From Trichinella spiralis (lineage: Eukaryota): a stretch of 64,000 nt of DNA. Of this stretch, positions 51,301 through 64,000 are shown piece after piece. Positions within the stretch are counted from its first letter, which is position 1. Each line of letters begins with the position of its first letter. The stretch covers positions 976,029 through 1,040,028 of the forward strand of contig NW_003526947.1 of NCBI RefSeq assembly GCF_000181795.1, read 5' to 3'. A program made the translations under genes and the position numbers. Below the pieces are notes generated by a model. That model made no database searches. It saw only the letters and a program-made list of their open reading frames with translations, and was not told where the DNA came from.

Positions 51301-54300
51301 GCAAATAATTGAATAGGAAATTGTAAATTACAATCTAACATAGTATGTGCAGTCGTTTGACAAATATCATCTATTCAAAAACTTATTATTGAATGAATTT
51401 AGCACATATTCCATATTAGATCACATCTACAAGTAACAGAAATATAAAATTAAAAATGGTACATACTATAAAAGCAGCGTAGAATTTTTCATTGTTTGAT
51501 TTTTTAACTTTAAATAATGATATAAATGCTGTGAGCAAATTTTAGCATGCTAATTTTTCTGTTCAACCGAAAACGAACAACAAGTAGAAGAAGAAGAAGA
51601 ATAAAAAGTAAAATACACTTTACTTTTGAAATATGAGCTGTTCAGAGAATAAGCGACAAGCTAACAAGCGCTATTTTGTCAATGTATGAATTGGTTCAGG
51701 CGCAAAAATTTCCAGGTCTGTCTTAGTGACTTCCAATTTTAGACTAACACTCGGCGGAGTTAGGTTAATAAATGTCTGAAATTGCGATACGCTTGCTGCA
51801 TTTGAAATCGTTGCAAATAAGAATAGCAGAAGGCAACAGAGAGAACATTTTGCAATGTTGATTTTCCGATTCGATTTCCCATTTCAAAATCTTCTTTCTC
51901 CATGAAAATACACATCTTATTACAAATCATATCTATCACATCGTACATGGAAAAAGTATTTAAAGCAAAAGAAACAATTTAGCAAGTTTTTCATTTTTTA
52001 AAGGTAATTTTTGGTCATTTTCCATTAGTCATTATTAATTATTTATATAAGTACAGTTGTACTTTGTTGTTCCGTTTCAGATAGTGATTTAGTTATTAAA
52101 TAGGTTATACTAACAGTGATCATTATTCAATTTGCATAAAAAGAATTTAACTCGTCCTGAATCAAATCAAAATTAGTTTCGCTAAATGGTAAATTTATTA
52201 TTATTAATGATGGTGAGTGGGCAAGTTTCCGAATGGCAATACCGTTGTTAAATATTTTTGGTAACCCAGGTAGCGCCGAGTAGTATATTGCCGAGGGTAA
52301 ATAAAAACTGCGGCAGCTGCCGTTAGTTAGAGCCAACCATGTTTGCTAGCAAATTTTAACAAACTGATCGATGTGCATGTAGCTTTATTGCCTGAGCGTG
52401 ACCCACTGAGCTTATAAAGCGAAATAATACTAGATATGATGCTGTGCTTGGTAAAAACACCGCTGCTAACTGTCACTTGCCTGGTGGCTTTTACCAGCCC
52501 TACTAACTGAAATCTCAAAATCAAATGGCCAGCTGCGTCGTGCCAGGCCACGTGCCAAGCCTAAGCGTTTCCCAAGCGAATGTTTTTCTCAAAGCGTTCT
52601 GCGATCTGACAATCTCTTCTTCTTCTTCTATTTGTCAGCAAACTTTCAGCTGTTAAATTTTCACCAACATTGGCATTTTACGCTTCTGGCTTGCGTTCTT
52701 TGCTAATAAATCCAAATTTCATGTTTGTTTGTTAAATGTTCAATAGAAATTCAATTATAAAAAATTCCTACTGCCATCAATTAGCAAAGTTATAATATGA
52801 TAGATCGAAAAATCATGCAGCACAATAATGCTGCTACAACTGTTTTACGGTGCACAGTGTTATTACAATAAAAGCTTTTTTCCTTGAATCATCACAAATC
52901 TATGGCGTTTGTTCTACTACAATCGATATATCGGCAGAGACGTTCTATTAATCTCAGGGGCTTTGCTTCAATATAACAAGCAAAGGGCAATTCACGTGGG
53001 TACATGTGAGCTTGTGTAAACCCCGACTCTAATTTTAACACTTGCAGCGGCAATGCAAATAACTGTAGACATGAAAACGGAACGACAAAATTGAAACATA
53101 GCTACAGGAAGCAGCTCACTCACTGCATGCATCGCCATTTCCATTCACCACGTATGCCGTATTGTTATGCCAAAAAATCCACTGCTCTGTTTATCTTTTC
53201 AAATGGGACAATTTTTGACAAAGAAAAAGTATTCAGCCCATGAACATCCTATGCTGAACAGGACTTCCAACGGAGAACGAAACGCGTTCATAATTGGCAG
53301 TTTTGAAATGCAGTGCGACAACATGACGTCGCCTCAGACACACTAGAAGCCCCTCTGACCACAATTTCCACTTGCCTGCTATAAAATCGATACAAGCAAT
53401 CTGAATTGGGAATAGGCTCAGCCTTCAAGCTGCGGATTCGAAATCTTTTCCGACGCTTTCTAAATGGCCTCACCGGTTAACAATGATTGAATGCGACACG
53501 GAGCCTTTTAACTAAAGCTCGTCGGAAATGGTAGTTGGCTTGTTCAATGCGGAAATAGCCACTAACTTTGATAATGCTTCGATACAAAAGCAATTTTTGC
53601 ACAATAAAAGAAAACAACATACACTGGAACTTGCATAATCTTCTACACTGGCATTAGTTGTATTTAAGAGTTTGCAAAAAAGTATGCAAAAACCAAGCAC
53701 GGTGCAAGCATTTTTTTTTCTCTTAAATAGAGCAATTTTTTGACATAAACTATAAGACTGTAAAATTTGTATTTTACTTTGAATGATTCTTTTTTTCTTT
53801 CACCTAGCTTTTGCATATATAACATGTGCAAATTGCGACTGATTTTCTTAAAGTAGAATAAAAAAGCAATACAGTTATTTAAAATCAGACTGACCTTCCA
53901 TAAATTACATAATGCATAGAACATAACTTTCCGCACGAACGCATTCGCCTTAATTGCCATTAAAATAGCTGTTTTATCATTTATTCATGCAGTACATTCG
54001 GAGAAGGGTTTCTTTCATTGATGATGTAATTAGTAAAACTTCAGAATTTCTTGCACTGCATAAAATAATTTTTTATTCACACACACAGATAATTTGAAAA
54101 TGCTATGTTTCATTTGCAAAGAATCATCCATAGCTATTTTTTTTATGAAAATGAGAATTCAAAAGTAAAAAAAGCTTTTCAATGCATTGCAATTTTTTTA
54201 ATTACATGCTTTGACAGCAAATTTATATTTAAACTGTTTTCTGTAGTTTCATTACTCAACGTTAAACATTACCTTGTATATGAAACATTTCTTGATAAAA

Positions 54301-57300
54301 CATAAAACAAATAACACCAAATACTATTTTTGCATCAATTGCTTAGAACAAAGCAATGGGAAATAGTACCTTTGAATTGGGGAATAATTTTCATTTCAAT
54401 TCTATTTGAACATATGTTTAGTATAAAATTGAGGATGCAATTATATATATATATTTATTTATTTATATTTAATTTCATTCTTCTAGCCTTCTAACCAAAA
54501 AGAAAAACTGCAAACTCGAAACAAACGTACATATTATCCTTATGAGTGTATTAGCAATTCCTGAAAATATCCATCTACACTGCGCCTGTTTCCTTTTCGA
54601 TAAGCTATTAAAAAAGCTTGAAAATCGACGTTATTTTCCTTTCTTTTACTTGTCAACGAAATGATTTACAAGATGACCTCTTATTAGTAGAAACAGCTTT
54701 TTTCACGAGCACGAAAAAACATGCTAGTTTAATGTCTGTCTTACAATCGACGACTCTTTGAAACTGCTTGTCACGGGACTTGCATTAAGCTGAATAGAGA
54801 AAAGCCATTTGTTTGCGTTAAGATAAGCTTGCAAGCCACATTGATTTCCTTGAAATCATGTCCACTTCAAATTGTCAGGATAGGCTAGATGTGACACCTC
54901 CCATCCAATCTTTAGCAACGTTTTCATATATTATTAGTCAAAAAAAAGTACTGCAAGGAAATAAAACAAACTTACTATGCAAAGCATAAAATTATAGTTG
55001 GTAAAATCAATGCAGGTGGACTAAACAATACGATGATGACAAAACGTTGCAAAGTCAACTAGGTAAGCGTCAGCAGCAAGCAGTTCTACCGCTGCTTGCT
55101 TGACTCTCAACAGAGTCAGAAACAGCCAAGCAACGAAAAGAGAATTCACTGATCAAAGTTAAACTGGAACGGCTACGCGCAAACCCAGAACCAATAGACG
55201 CTCAGAAAGCCAGCTCAATTGCGGCACGCCATCGGCTGGCGCTTCATTAAGCATGAAAGCCGAAAAGCTGAACTGAGGCTAGCGCCAACTAACGTCTGAC
55301 CAACTCTAGTCAAGAGCCAATATCATTAAATGCTGACCATAGACAAATGGTCCGTCGAGAGCAAGTATCGTTGCGACCTTTGTGATGTCCGTAAGCGGTA
55401 TCCTCGTTTTCTTGTACTCAGTTACTTTTATTCCAGAAAAAGCTGCTTCACATCTGACTATATATATTTATTTTTTTAACAGCAAATGGAAAGGCAGATT
55501 ATTTTACTTGCTTGCAAATTTACAAGCATGCAGATAAACTGCACTGTATATGTAGAAAATTTTCACCGCCGTCTATCGATCGAAACATGGCACCATAGAT
55601 AATTAATTCCCTAGCTAACAAACAATTCTCTCACCTGTTTACAGCAAGCGTATTGCACTCTAATAAATATTCAATATGACTGAGAAACATGTACATCTGT
55701 AAATGTGTATCGTTGAATATAAAAGAAAATAATGTAATCTAACTGGTTGTAATCGAAACAGTTAAACAGTAGTGAATGGTTTTCATAAAATTAGCATTAA
55801 AACAAACGACCTCAAGGAAAAAAAAGTTTGGGCAATCAAGTTAAGTTCAGCAATTGAAGAAGCAGAATCAAAAATAATGGAATCGATCTCAACAGGAAGA
55901 CAGTTATTACTCATTTAATATGTGTGAAAGAAAGCAAATGTTCCTCCCCAAAACATAAGTGACAAATTAACTCAGCGTATATATTAATAAATGTGTTAGT
56001 TAAGCGTTAATGCACATTAATCCTACGTTGCAATTGCACGCGTAATTCTGAAAAACTTTAAAGCTTCTTTAATCAAACTCGGCTTGTTCATTTTGCAACT
56101 CCAACATTATTTTTTAAGATTCAACTATTAACCCAAGCTTTTACAACAATGCAATCACACACACACACACACATCCACAAAATAGAACTACTTCGTCTTG
56201 CTTGAACCTGTCGCAGCACATTTCGTGCAAGAAAAATGATATCTCCTTAATAACTGAACAGTTGAAGTTTTCAAAATGAATAGAACATTTTTCTTTGATT
56301 AATAATTCATCAACATATGTTATTATATTAATATGAAAAAAACAAATAATTCTGGCACTGTTTCACAGCATGGCATCACGTGATTTCTAATTTCCATATT
56401 AGAAATGCTGTGTTATAATAAATGAAAATGTAATATAAAATAAATATAAAGTTTTATTTGCAAGTAGATGAAAAAAATATTTCATCTAGATTTCAAAGCA
56501 AATAAATAGGAAACATTTCAAATAATACAAAAAGCATGCTATTTGGAAAAAACGACATTCAAACCGTAAACAAAATCAACAATTTGCATAGACCAATGAA
56601 GAACTAAACAAATAAATAGTTCATTTGTCGTATATTCGAAAAGCTTCCAGATGATTATATTGTTCAGTAATTGTAATTTTTATTAACTGTATATAATGAC
56701 TAAAAAAGATACATGTTTAAACTGTCATTGTTAATAGCAATTTTTAATCTTAAAAACTTTTAATTTAAATAAACTAGTCACAACTGTTGCAAAAGAATTG
56801 AATGCAAATAATTTTTGAAGTTGTTAAAATTTCAGTTTTTTCTTCGCAACTATTGTATTCATGTTCAACTAAGAAAATTTATTACAATGATATGCATGTA
56901 AATTAAAAGAAATAATTACACAAGTGTAGATTTGTTCATTTTAGTTTATTTATCAATCATAAATGAAAAGTTAGTTATATATCAATTTAAGCAAGTAAAT
57001 TTAATGTTAGCTATTGCTTGTAAATCCACTGTTTTAGGTTGATTAAAAAGAAAAATTTGTTTCATAAATCAAAACTGCTCACTTATATCCACTACCATGT
57101 GCCCGTATCAAAACAGAATTCGAAATACAAAACACTGCTTTGTTTTAAATTAAATTTAAAGCCTTGATTTAATTTACACGCATCCTCCCTTTCCAGAGCA
57201 TTGTATCATAACTTTCAGAGGAAAAATTTTCACATTAAAAATTATTAAAGCAGATGCATTCACAAATGTCGAAAAGTTAAGATTAACAAATGGGGATTGC

Positions 57301-60300
57301 GTAATCATATTCTAATTTGTCAGAAATTTAATAAAATTTACAGAAAATTATCATATTACTCAAAATAAAAAAGGAAGAACTAATATTTTTTCAAATATTC
57401 TTTTTTAATATTAATTAGAGTTATATCAATTTGAGGTAGATGTGAAGATATGTAACATATAATAGCTGTGTTGCATTTGCTGTTTCCTTGAGAATGTTTG
57501 ATTGCGGTGCAAATGCGAACAGAAATTTTATCAACGCTGATGTTAACGCATTTGGAATAAAAATTTCCTTCTATTTGATTACTGATATTGTTGCTGCTCA
57601 ATACTGCCTATAATTTGTAGCTTTAGAAGTTAATCTTTGTATATTGCTTTATAAAACAAAGTAAACATACTCACAAGCATTAATAAATTGCACACATTTT
57701 TTTCAGAAAAATTAACAATTATTTGTAACTTTGTAATGTACACTGTACATTTCGTAAAAGAAATTCAAAAAAGTATATGCATTATTAAAGTTGGAATGAA
57801 ATTAATAATGAATTTTCTCCAGTATCTTTTAATTGAATGTTGAGAATTACAGCAGCAATAATTAGAACCTCTAAGCATTGGCAATGCTTTAGGCTGAAAA
57901 TTGTTTTTAAACGACGCTGAAAATGTCTCATAAACTAATTTCAGTGTATTGTTCATATCCTTGCCGATCAGACTAAATGTGGCCAACTGAAAAGTGAGTA
58001 ATATAATTATTGAATGTGTTACAATTATAACGCTGCTTTATATTTTATTCGCTTCTAGTCAAGTCAAGCAGCTTTCACTAAAGCTAAAACTTGAAAATTT
58101 CTCCTATTAGTTAGTATTACTACTTTTGGAAAATTTCTTTTTCAATCTTAAGCACTTTGAAAAACCTTGTCAATTTGTAGCCACTCGTAAAAGTGTTTTT
58201 TTGTGCTCGATGTTGTTGAATAAACGCTGAGAAATGATGTTTAATAGGAATATTTATTTGTATTGTAATTTATAAAATGTTTGATTAAAATATGATAATT
58301 TAAAAAAACCACAGTACCTCTTTTTAAAAAGTCTATTTTCCATGATTGTCAGTTTTTGAACTGCAAAATTATTCACTAATTTAGTGTTATGTGTTGAATT
58401 TTTGTTTTCATCAAATCAGTTCAATGAATGAATTAATTGTAATTATTAGAATTTGCCATTAAATTTATTATTTACTTCTCAACAATGAAATTGAACAAAA
58501 TTCACTTCCAAAATATGCATACCAAATAAAAAATACATTTTTCACTTTAACTAGAAAATACTAATTTAATTAAAAAAGAACATACGCATTATATGTTATA
58601 TCATTATTTAAAAAATATGCAGCTTGCAGGGGGGAATGAGAATTTGATTAGATTGAAGAAGAAAAAGTTATTCCTTTACCAAAAGAAAAAACAAAACTTA
58701 AAAAAACTGAAATTTTGACATAATACATTAGCAGAATTTAAACAATTCTTCCACCAACTTGCATTTATTTGTATGTGGAAAAGCTTTTTTCTTTACTAAC
58801 CAGTAAGCGATAATTTCATAATGATGAGCTAATTGTGTGAGAATGATAATAAAACACAGCTCATGCATACATGGCCTGAAAGATCCTGCTGTTAATGCTG
58901 CTAATTTATTTTTTCTGTTTGTTGTTGGTTTTTCGTAAATATTAAAATTTAAATAACCGTTGAATTTACAAGCTTGTTCATATCACTTATGCATGCTTAC
59001 CAATGTTTAGCTATAATGTAATAGTCAGCGCATTAGATGGGGGATTCAATGCTAATTCCACAACGCATCACAGAATATCGCTAATAAACCTATATTCAAT
59101 TAATATTGGTTATTGAATAATGTAAACATTGTGCCTTACCAGGTAGAAAAAATCTTAGACGAGCTTCAGAAATAACAGTCGTCTTATCTTCAAGCACAAT
59201 GCTTGCTTATCGTTGAAATCTGTTGCACATTATTTGGACAATTTAAGCACTGGAAATTGTAAATCATAAATATATACATATGGGCTAATTTTTTTCTAAT
59301 TCAGTAATTTCATACTGAACAATTTTGCACCGGAGACAATTCAGCCCTTTTATCAGTGTAATATATAAGCTGGCAAAATTTATTAGTTATTCAGCGCACT
59401 TGTTGATAATTTTGTGTAAATTTTTGGTAGCCTTGTCCCAATCAGTCATTACTTTGCAGTTGAAACGTTTTTAGGCTATCGTAAAAAATATTACATACAT
59501 TTTACATGAATTAGATATATGAAATCAAAAAATAAAAAAGATTAATTTGCTACAGAAACACTTTACAGTAATGTTTTAACCTGATACTTCTTGCTGTTTT
59601 TTTCATGTTTTATTAAATTAACTATTTCAGAAAAGAGGAAATAAAATAGTTAAACTCTCGACCCCATTGAGACTTTTACGGTGAAATAGAGTATAAATGG
59701 TAAAAAAATGCATAGCTTAATAAATATACATAAGTATATCTATATGCATGGAATGGAAGCAGTCGATTGCATTTGTAAAAAGGACAATAAGATTTCTAAA
59801 AACAATAGTTTGTTGAACTCTTTCTGCTGCTGTAAATTCTTCTGAAAGCCATTTTTGAAACTGTTCATTGTTAAATTTGTTTTGAACAAGCCATTCATCA
59901 TTTCAAATAAAATTAATAAATTGCTAAGACAAGTACTAAAAGGAAATTCTGCAGAGCATTTTATGCAAAATAATGCAATTAAAACTTGTAGAAAGGTTCA
60001 GTAAGATTTTCCAAGTCCATTACTAATGGCGTCTCTCTTTTAACATGCTACGCGAGCATTAAAAATATTCATTTTATAACTGATACTTATTTTAACATAT
60101 CAATGCTCACGAATATTTTATTATAGTTAAGAAGAAAGAATTAAATTTAATTTATCTAAAGTTATGATTTCGTTTTGTAAAACAAATTTTGAATTCCATG
60201 CACCTTGCTTGTTGTGGAATTTTCGTACACATCGTGCAGCATTTGAACGAAACAAAATTAGCAGTTCCATTGTATTAACATTGATAATTTACTCTGATGC

Positions 60301-62054
60301 TAGTGAATTGGTTTAACTTCAGTTTGACATTAATCAGTTGCTAAACTTTTGAGATTTAAAAGTTGAAAGTTTGAAAATTGATTATCACTATTTGTTTACC
60401 ATTTCACATGCTATACCAACAGTGATTGCATCATTCAATCATTGCATATTATAGAATCATCAAATACAGGAGATGAATTGTTAAAATGAAATTTTGTTTT
60501 CCTTTAAAGAATTTCAGTTGATATATCACTAAAATATCTATTAAGAGGTCGATTATATTGCAGTTGGAAATAATAAGCACGTCAAATATTACTGTTTACA
60601 GATAGCAATTTCAAAACATCCATTGCATCCATAACATTGCTTGATAATTTCAAACTTCAATTTTGAAAATTTCCAACTTGTGTTCTGACATGTGAATCGT
60701 GATTTTCGAAGAATTTTAATTTTGCATCAAATTTTCCTTTGATCAATGCTTCTTGTGTTGAATATTAGCGTTATTTGCTAACTTAAATTCACTTTTCAAT
60801 TATAAATTTTACAAACCAAATTTTGTAAAATGCAAAATTTTCATCTATTGTCAAATTCAGCTTTAAATAGCTTGTAGTAAGTGTCTTTCTGCGTTGCCGT
60901 TTGGAAATAAATGGTGGGCAATGTGAATGAATGGCAAATAAAGAAAAGAAGTGACTGCAATTTTGCGCAATGATGGTATACAGAAAGCAATAATTTGTTT
61001 CGGATAATTTATGACAATTTGTGAAGCAAAACAAGTCGTTACGCTATCAGTCGGAGAGATCAGATGCCAGATTAGAGTGTTTTTTATTGTTATGAAAATG
61101 ATTTCATTAGCTGCTACCCGGTCTCGTTAAGGATACTGCTGCTAGATTGTGTAACGGATCGATTAGCACTGGCTGTCTCGTGTCGGTGTCGCTTTTGAAA
61201 AGCCGAATGTTACTGCTACTACTATTACTGCTATTTTGAAAGCTAGGTACATTCAATCAATGCGCAAGCCTTTTCCATGATCGACCTTCTCGTTTTCAAT
61301 ATTTCTGTTCTGAATTTAGAACTGCTTATTAACTTTTTTCAAATTTGAAGCTTGAAAACAACCAAGCGGCATCTCGCTTAATAATTTGCTTTCAGGAGGT
61401 CAAAATTTTTTCAAATTTTCTCAGAAAAAGAAAAAGCCTATTTTTGATGACAAAATTGAAATGAAATGAGAAAAGCATCATTTGAAAATGTTGTCACAGA
61501 TGAAACGAGACAATCGATTTGCCATTGCTACGCTTCATCGGTCAACTTTTCGGTGTGACGTTTCTTCAGCAAAAGTCTGACTAAGAAGAGGTGGCGCAGT
61601 TCGCGTCTCGCCCGCCCGCCCGCCCTTTTCCGTTGCCTCTTTATGCTGACTTGAATTTTCGTTCAAATCTTCCTACGTCATTTTTAGCTGACTGCTTGAC
61701 ACGTTGAAGCGTCTTCAGTGGGACAGCTGTAGTTGAAATTTTGCTTGATTTTTGGAAATGGTTGGACTAAGAAAAGAAAAATATATCTCATCCATTTGAC
61801 AACTGCTGTTGCCAATTTCATCCAAAATTGACACCTGAGGCGTCTGGACGCGTCTTATTATTTCAGATAGGCTAAATCGCTGAGAGATTTGATTCGTATG
61901 TTTTTATTACGCAATTCTGTGACGCTTTCTGCGGCTAAATTATTTTTCTTCATCTGGTGTTTTTCAATCATCTCGACTTTTTCGCCAACATTTGGAAAAT
62001 TCTATTCATTTAAACGTTCACAATTAGGCCATTACAATTTATTGTATCCCAGAA

Positions 62055-62882
62055 ATGGAATCTGCCGACGAAAGTATTGAATTGCAAAATATCAGTCGTG
62101 TTAATATTTTTTCTCGGGATACGTTGAATCTTCAATTACCAAGAACTGTACTAGCATCGGCTGACGACGCTGATACGGCCCAAATAGACGAAACATATGA
62201 TAATTCGCCACCACCTGCTGCTGATTTTCGATTTTCCAGACCTTCACGAACCGTACCCAACAAATCTGACGTGCTGAAATATTTTGCAAAAGCAACGAAA
62301 TTTCGCATCAAAAGTATCGGAAACGAGATTCAAGTGACCGATCTGAGCGATAATCCTCTGTTCGACGTTTGGTACAGTTTGAATTGCAGTTTCCGCGTTT
62401 GGACAGTTGAAGCTTTTGGTAAGCCAATACTGCTGATGAATGAACCGCTTTCAGCGTGCGATTATGCGACACAAGAGACACGCATCTATATTACAGACTG
62501 GAATGGTGACCCATTTGGAAGTCTCATAGCCGGAGAACCATTTTACGTGCACGACGCTGATGACAAGCCTGTCTTTAAACTAGTCAGAATCAGTCAAGCG
62601 GTCAGTCATGATGCAAACAGCGATTCACTACAGTTGGATTCAGAAGTGGAAAATGACGAATATGGTACAGTACGCTGGCAATGTTTATCTGGTGATGGAA
62701 CACATCTTGCTTCGTTGACCGACTCGTATTTGCTTCAATTCTGTGACAACCTTACGTTGCATTTGAAACTGTTAACTTTATCTGCTATTATCCGTGCAAT
62801 TAGCCAAGATTCAAGTTTGTCCCTCGGTTGTGCTTTGATCAAAATGTTTCTCAGCTGTTGCTTGAACGGATCGTACAGTTGA
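62055..62882 (+). CDS. 275-aa phospholipid scramblase / Tubby C-terminal (LURP-one)-like protein, single coding exon
   Basis: Longest clean ATG-led ORF in the window, with the ATG 2 nt after a pyrimidine-CAG acceptor (ttgtatcccag|aaATG). An acidic, Pro-containing N-terminal tail is followed by LKYFAKATKFRIK and alternating beta-strand-like segments. The C-terminal LQFCDNLTLHLKLLTLSAIIRAI resembles the scramblase IQFPLDLDVKMKAVMIGACFLID helix. The family call comes from pattern recognition only. Confidence 0.7.
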   Translation: MESADESIELQNISRVNIFSRDTLNLQLPRTVLASADDADTAQIDETYDNSPPPAADFRFSRPSRTVPNKSDVLKYFAKATKFRIKSIGNEIQVTDLSDNPLFDVWYSLNCSFRVWTVEAFGKPILLMNEPLSACDYATQETRIYITDWNGDPFGSLIAGEPFYVHDADDKPVFKLVRISQAVSHDANSDSLQLDSEVENDEYGTVRWQCLSGDGTHLASLTDSYLLQFCDNLTLHLKLLTLSAIIRAISQDSSLSLGCALIKMFLSCCLNGSYS

Positions 62883-64000
62883 CAAAATTGCACGCTATTT
62901 GCTTTTTTATTCTTCCACATTTTGCGTGTTCATTTTGCATAGTAAAAAACAGACTGAAGTACGTGTTTCAAGGTTCAAATATTCAATCAATACCGCGCTT
63001 TGGATTCATTCGAGATTGTTGTTGCTTGGTCAATGGCTTATTAGACATTTACCGTTAAAATCACTGCGATTATTGTTGAAAAGCTGCTGTTTATTTGCGC
63101 AAATGCGCAACAAAATTTTCAGGAAATTCACTGCTTACGAAAACTCTTCCAATCAATGTTTTTTTTTATAAACTTAAGCTCACCGTTTTGAAATGTGAAT
63201 TTGTTTTTATAAATATTAAAGATTAAAAAAATGAAGTTTCATAAATCATAGAATTTAAGAGAAAAAAAAACAAACCCAACCACATTTAATTAACTACAAT
63301 ACAAATCAGAATTAGCAGATGTTTTGCTTAGTTCAGAATTGTTGAAACTAATTACAATTTAATTGTTTGATCTTTGTTTCAAGAAAGTCTGGATGTTGGT
63401 TATGTAAGCGATATAAACGCGAAACAGCAGGCAATTGTAAATTTTAGTAGAAATCAATCAAACAACGACGCACTTTTGTTGCCGACAATAGACACAAAAA
63501 TGTCATTTAACACTACGCTAAATAGCTACTTGAAAACAAAGAAAAAGATTGCGCTCAGAAAAAAAAATAGAGCTTAATTTTTCACTTAATTGCGCTAACT
63601 AAAATTAGCTTTCGGTTATTATGGATTTATAATTTTACAACTGATGAACAACAGTAATATATAAAAAGTTATATATAATATATACATATTGCTTGCTGCA
63701 TGAGTAAATTATTAAATAAACTATTAAAGTGGTTTGTAAACGTAATTATTTGAATTAATAGTTAATAGATCATTATACGCTTTTCATTATTAAATTTTAC
63801 TTTTAAAATTTCTAATTGAATAATAATAATGTGCTTTCCGATTACAAAATGAAATGTAGAGATTAATAAAATAATAATAAGTTTATTTCAAAGGGAGAAT
63901 GAAACCATATGCAAATTTGGAACGTTTTGATAAACTGTTGAAACATTATGAAGAAAAATTTATAAATGAAATTAACTGTATTGTATGAATAGAAGATTAA

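Noticed and set aside
41699..61034. Numerous 60-115-aa ORFs in the GPCR intron and the intergenic interval
   Set aside because: They are mostly F/I/L/K/N-rich chance ORFs typical of AT-rich DNA, many with non-ATG starts.

Overview
AT-rich eukaryotic draft-assembly sequence with six N gaps and many short GT-AG introns with TTTCAG/TTTTAG acceptors. The overall style suggests a nematode, possibly a Trichinella-like clade I worm; this is an inference. Two multi-exon genes are well supported, both on the minus strand: TRRAP/trr-1 (PIKK pseudokinase, 35706->16961, ending in the FATC motif LCRMDPAWHPWF*) and a GPR158/GPR179-like class C GPCR (10 coding exons, 788 aa, 48332->38976). A single-exon plus-strand ORF (62055-62882) resembles the phospholipid scramblase/Tubby-like barrel family. 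The first ~16 kb is repeat-rich and gap-rich. It contains a TIR DNA transposon with 74-bp TIRs and a 9-bp target-site duplication (14742-16218), local duplications (some probably assembly redundancy), a possible 77-aa membrane microprotein gene, and a pair of inverted, diverged GC-rich units (1440-1668 and 2752-3084). These two units share seven colinear conserved blocks separated by hairpin-rich variable spacers and are the best candidate for an undescribed structured RNA or mobile-element family. No CRISPR array, rRNA or tRNA could be supported.
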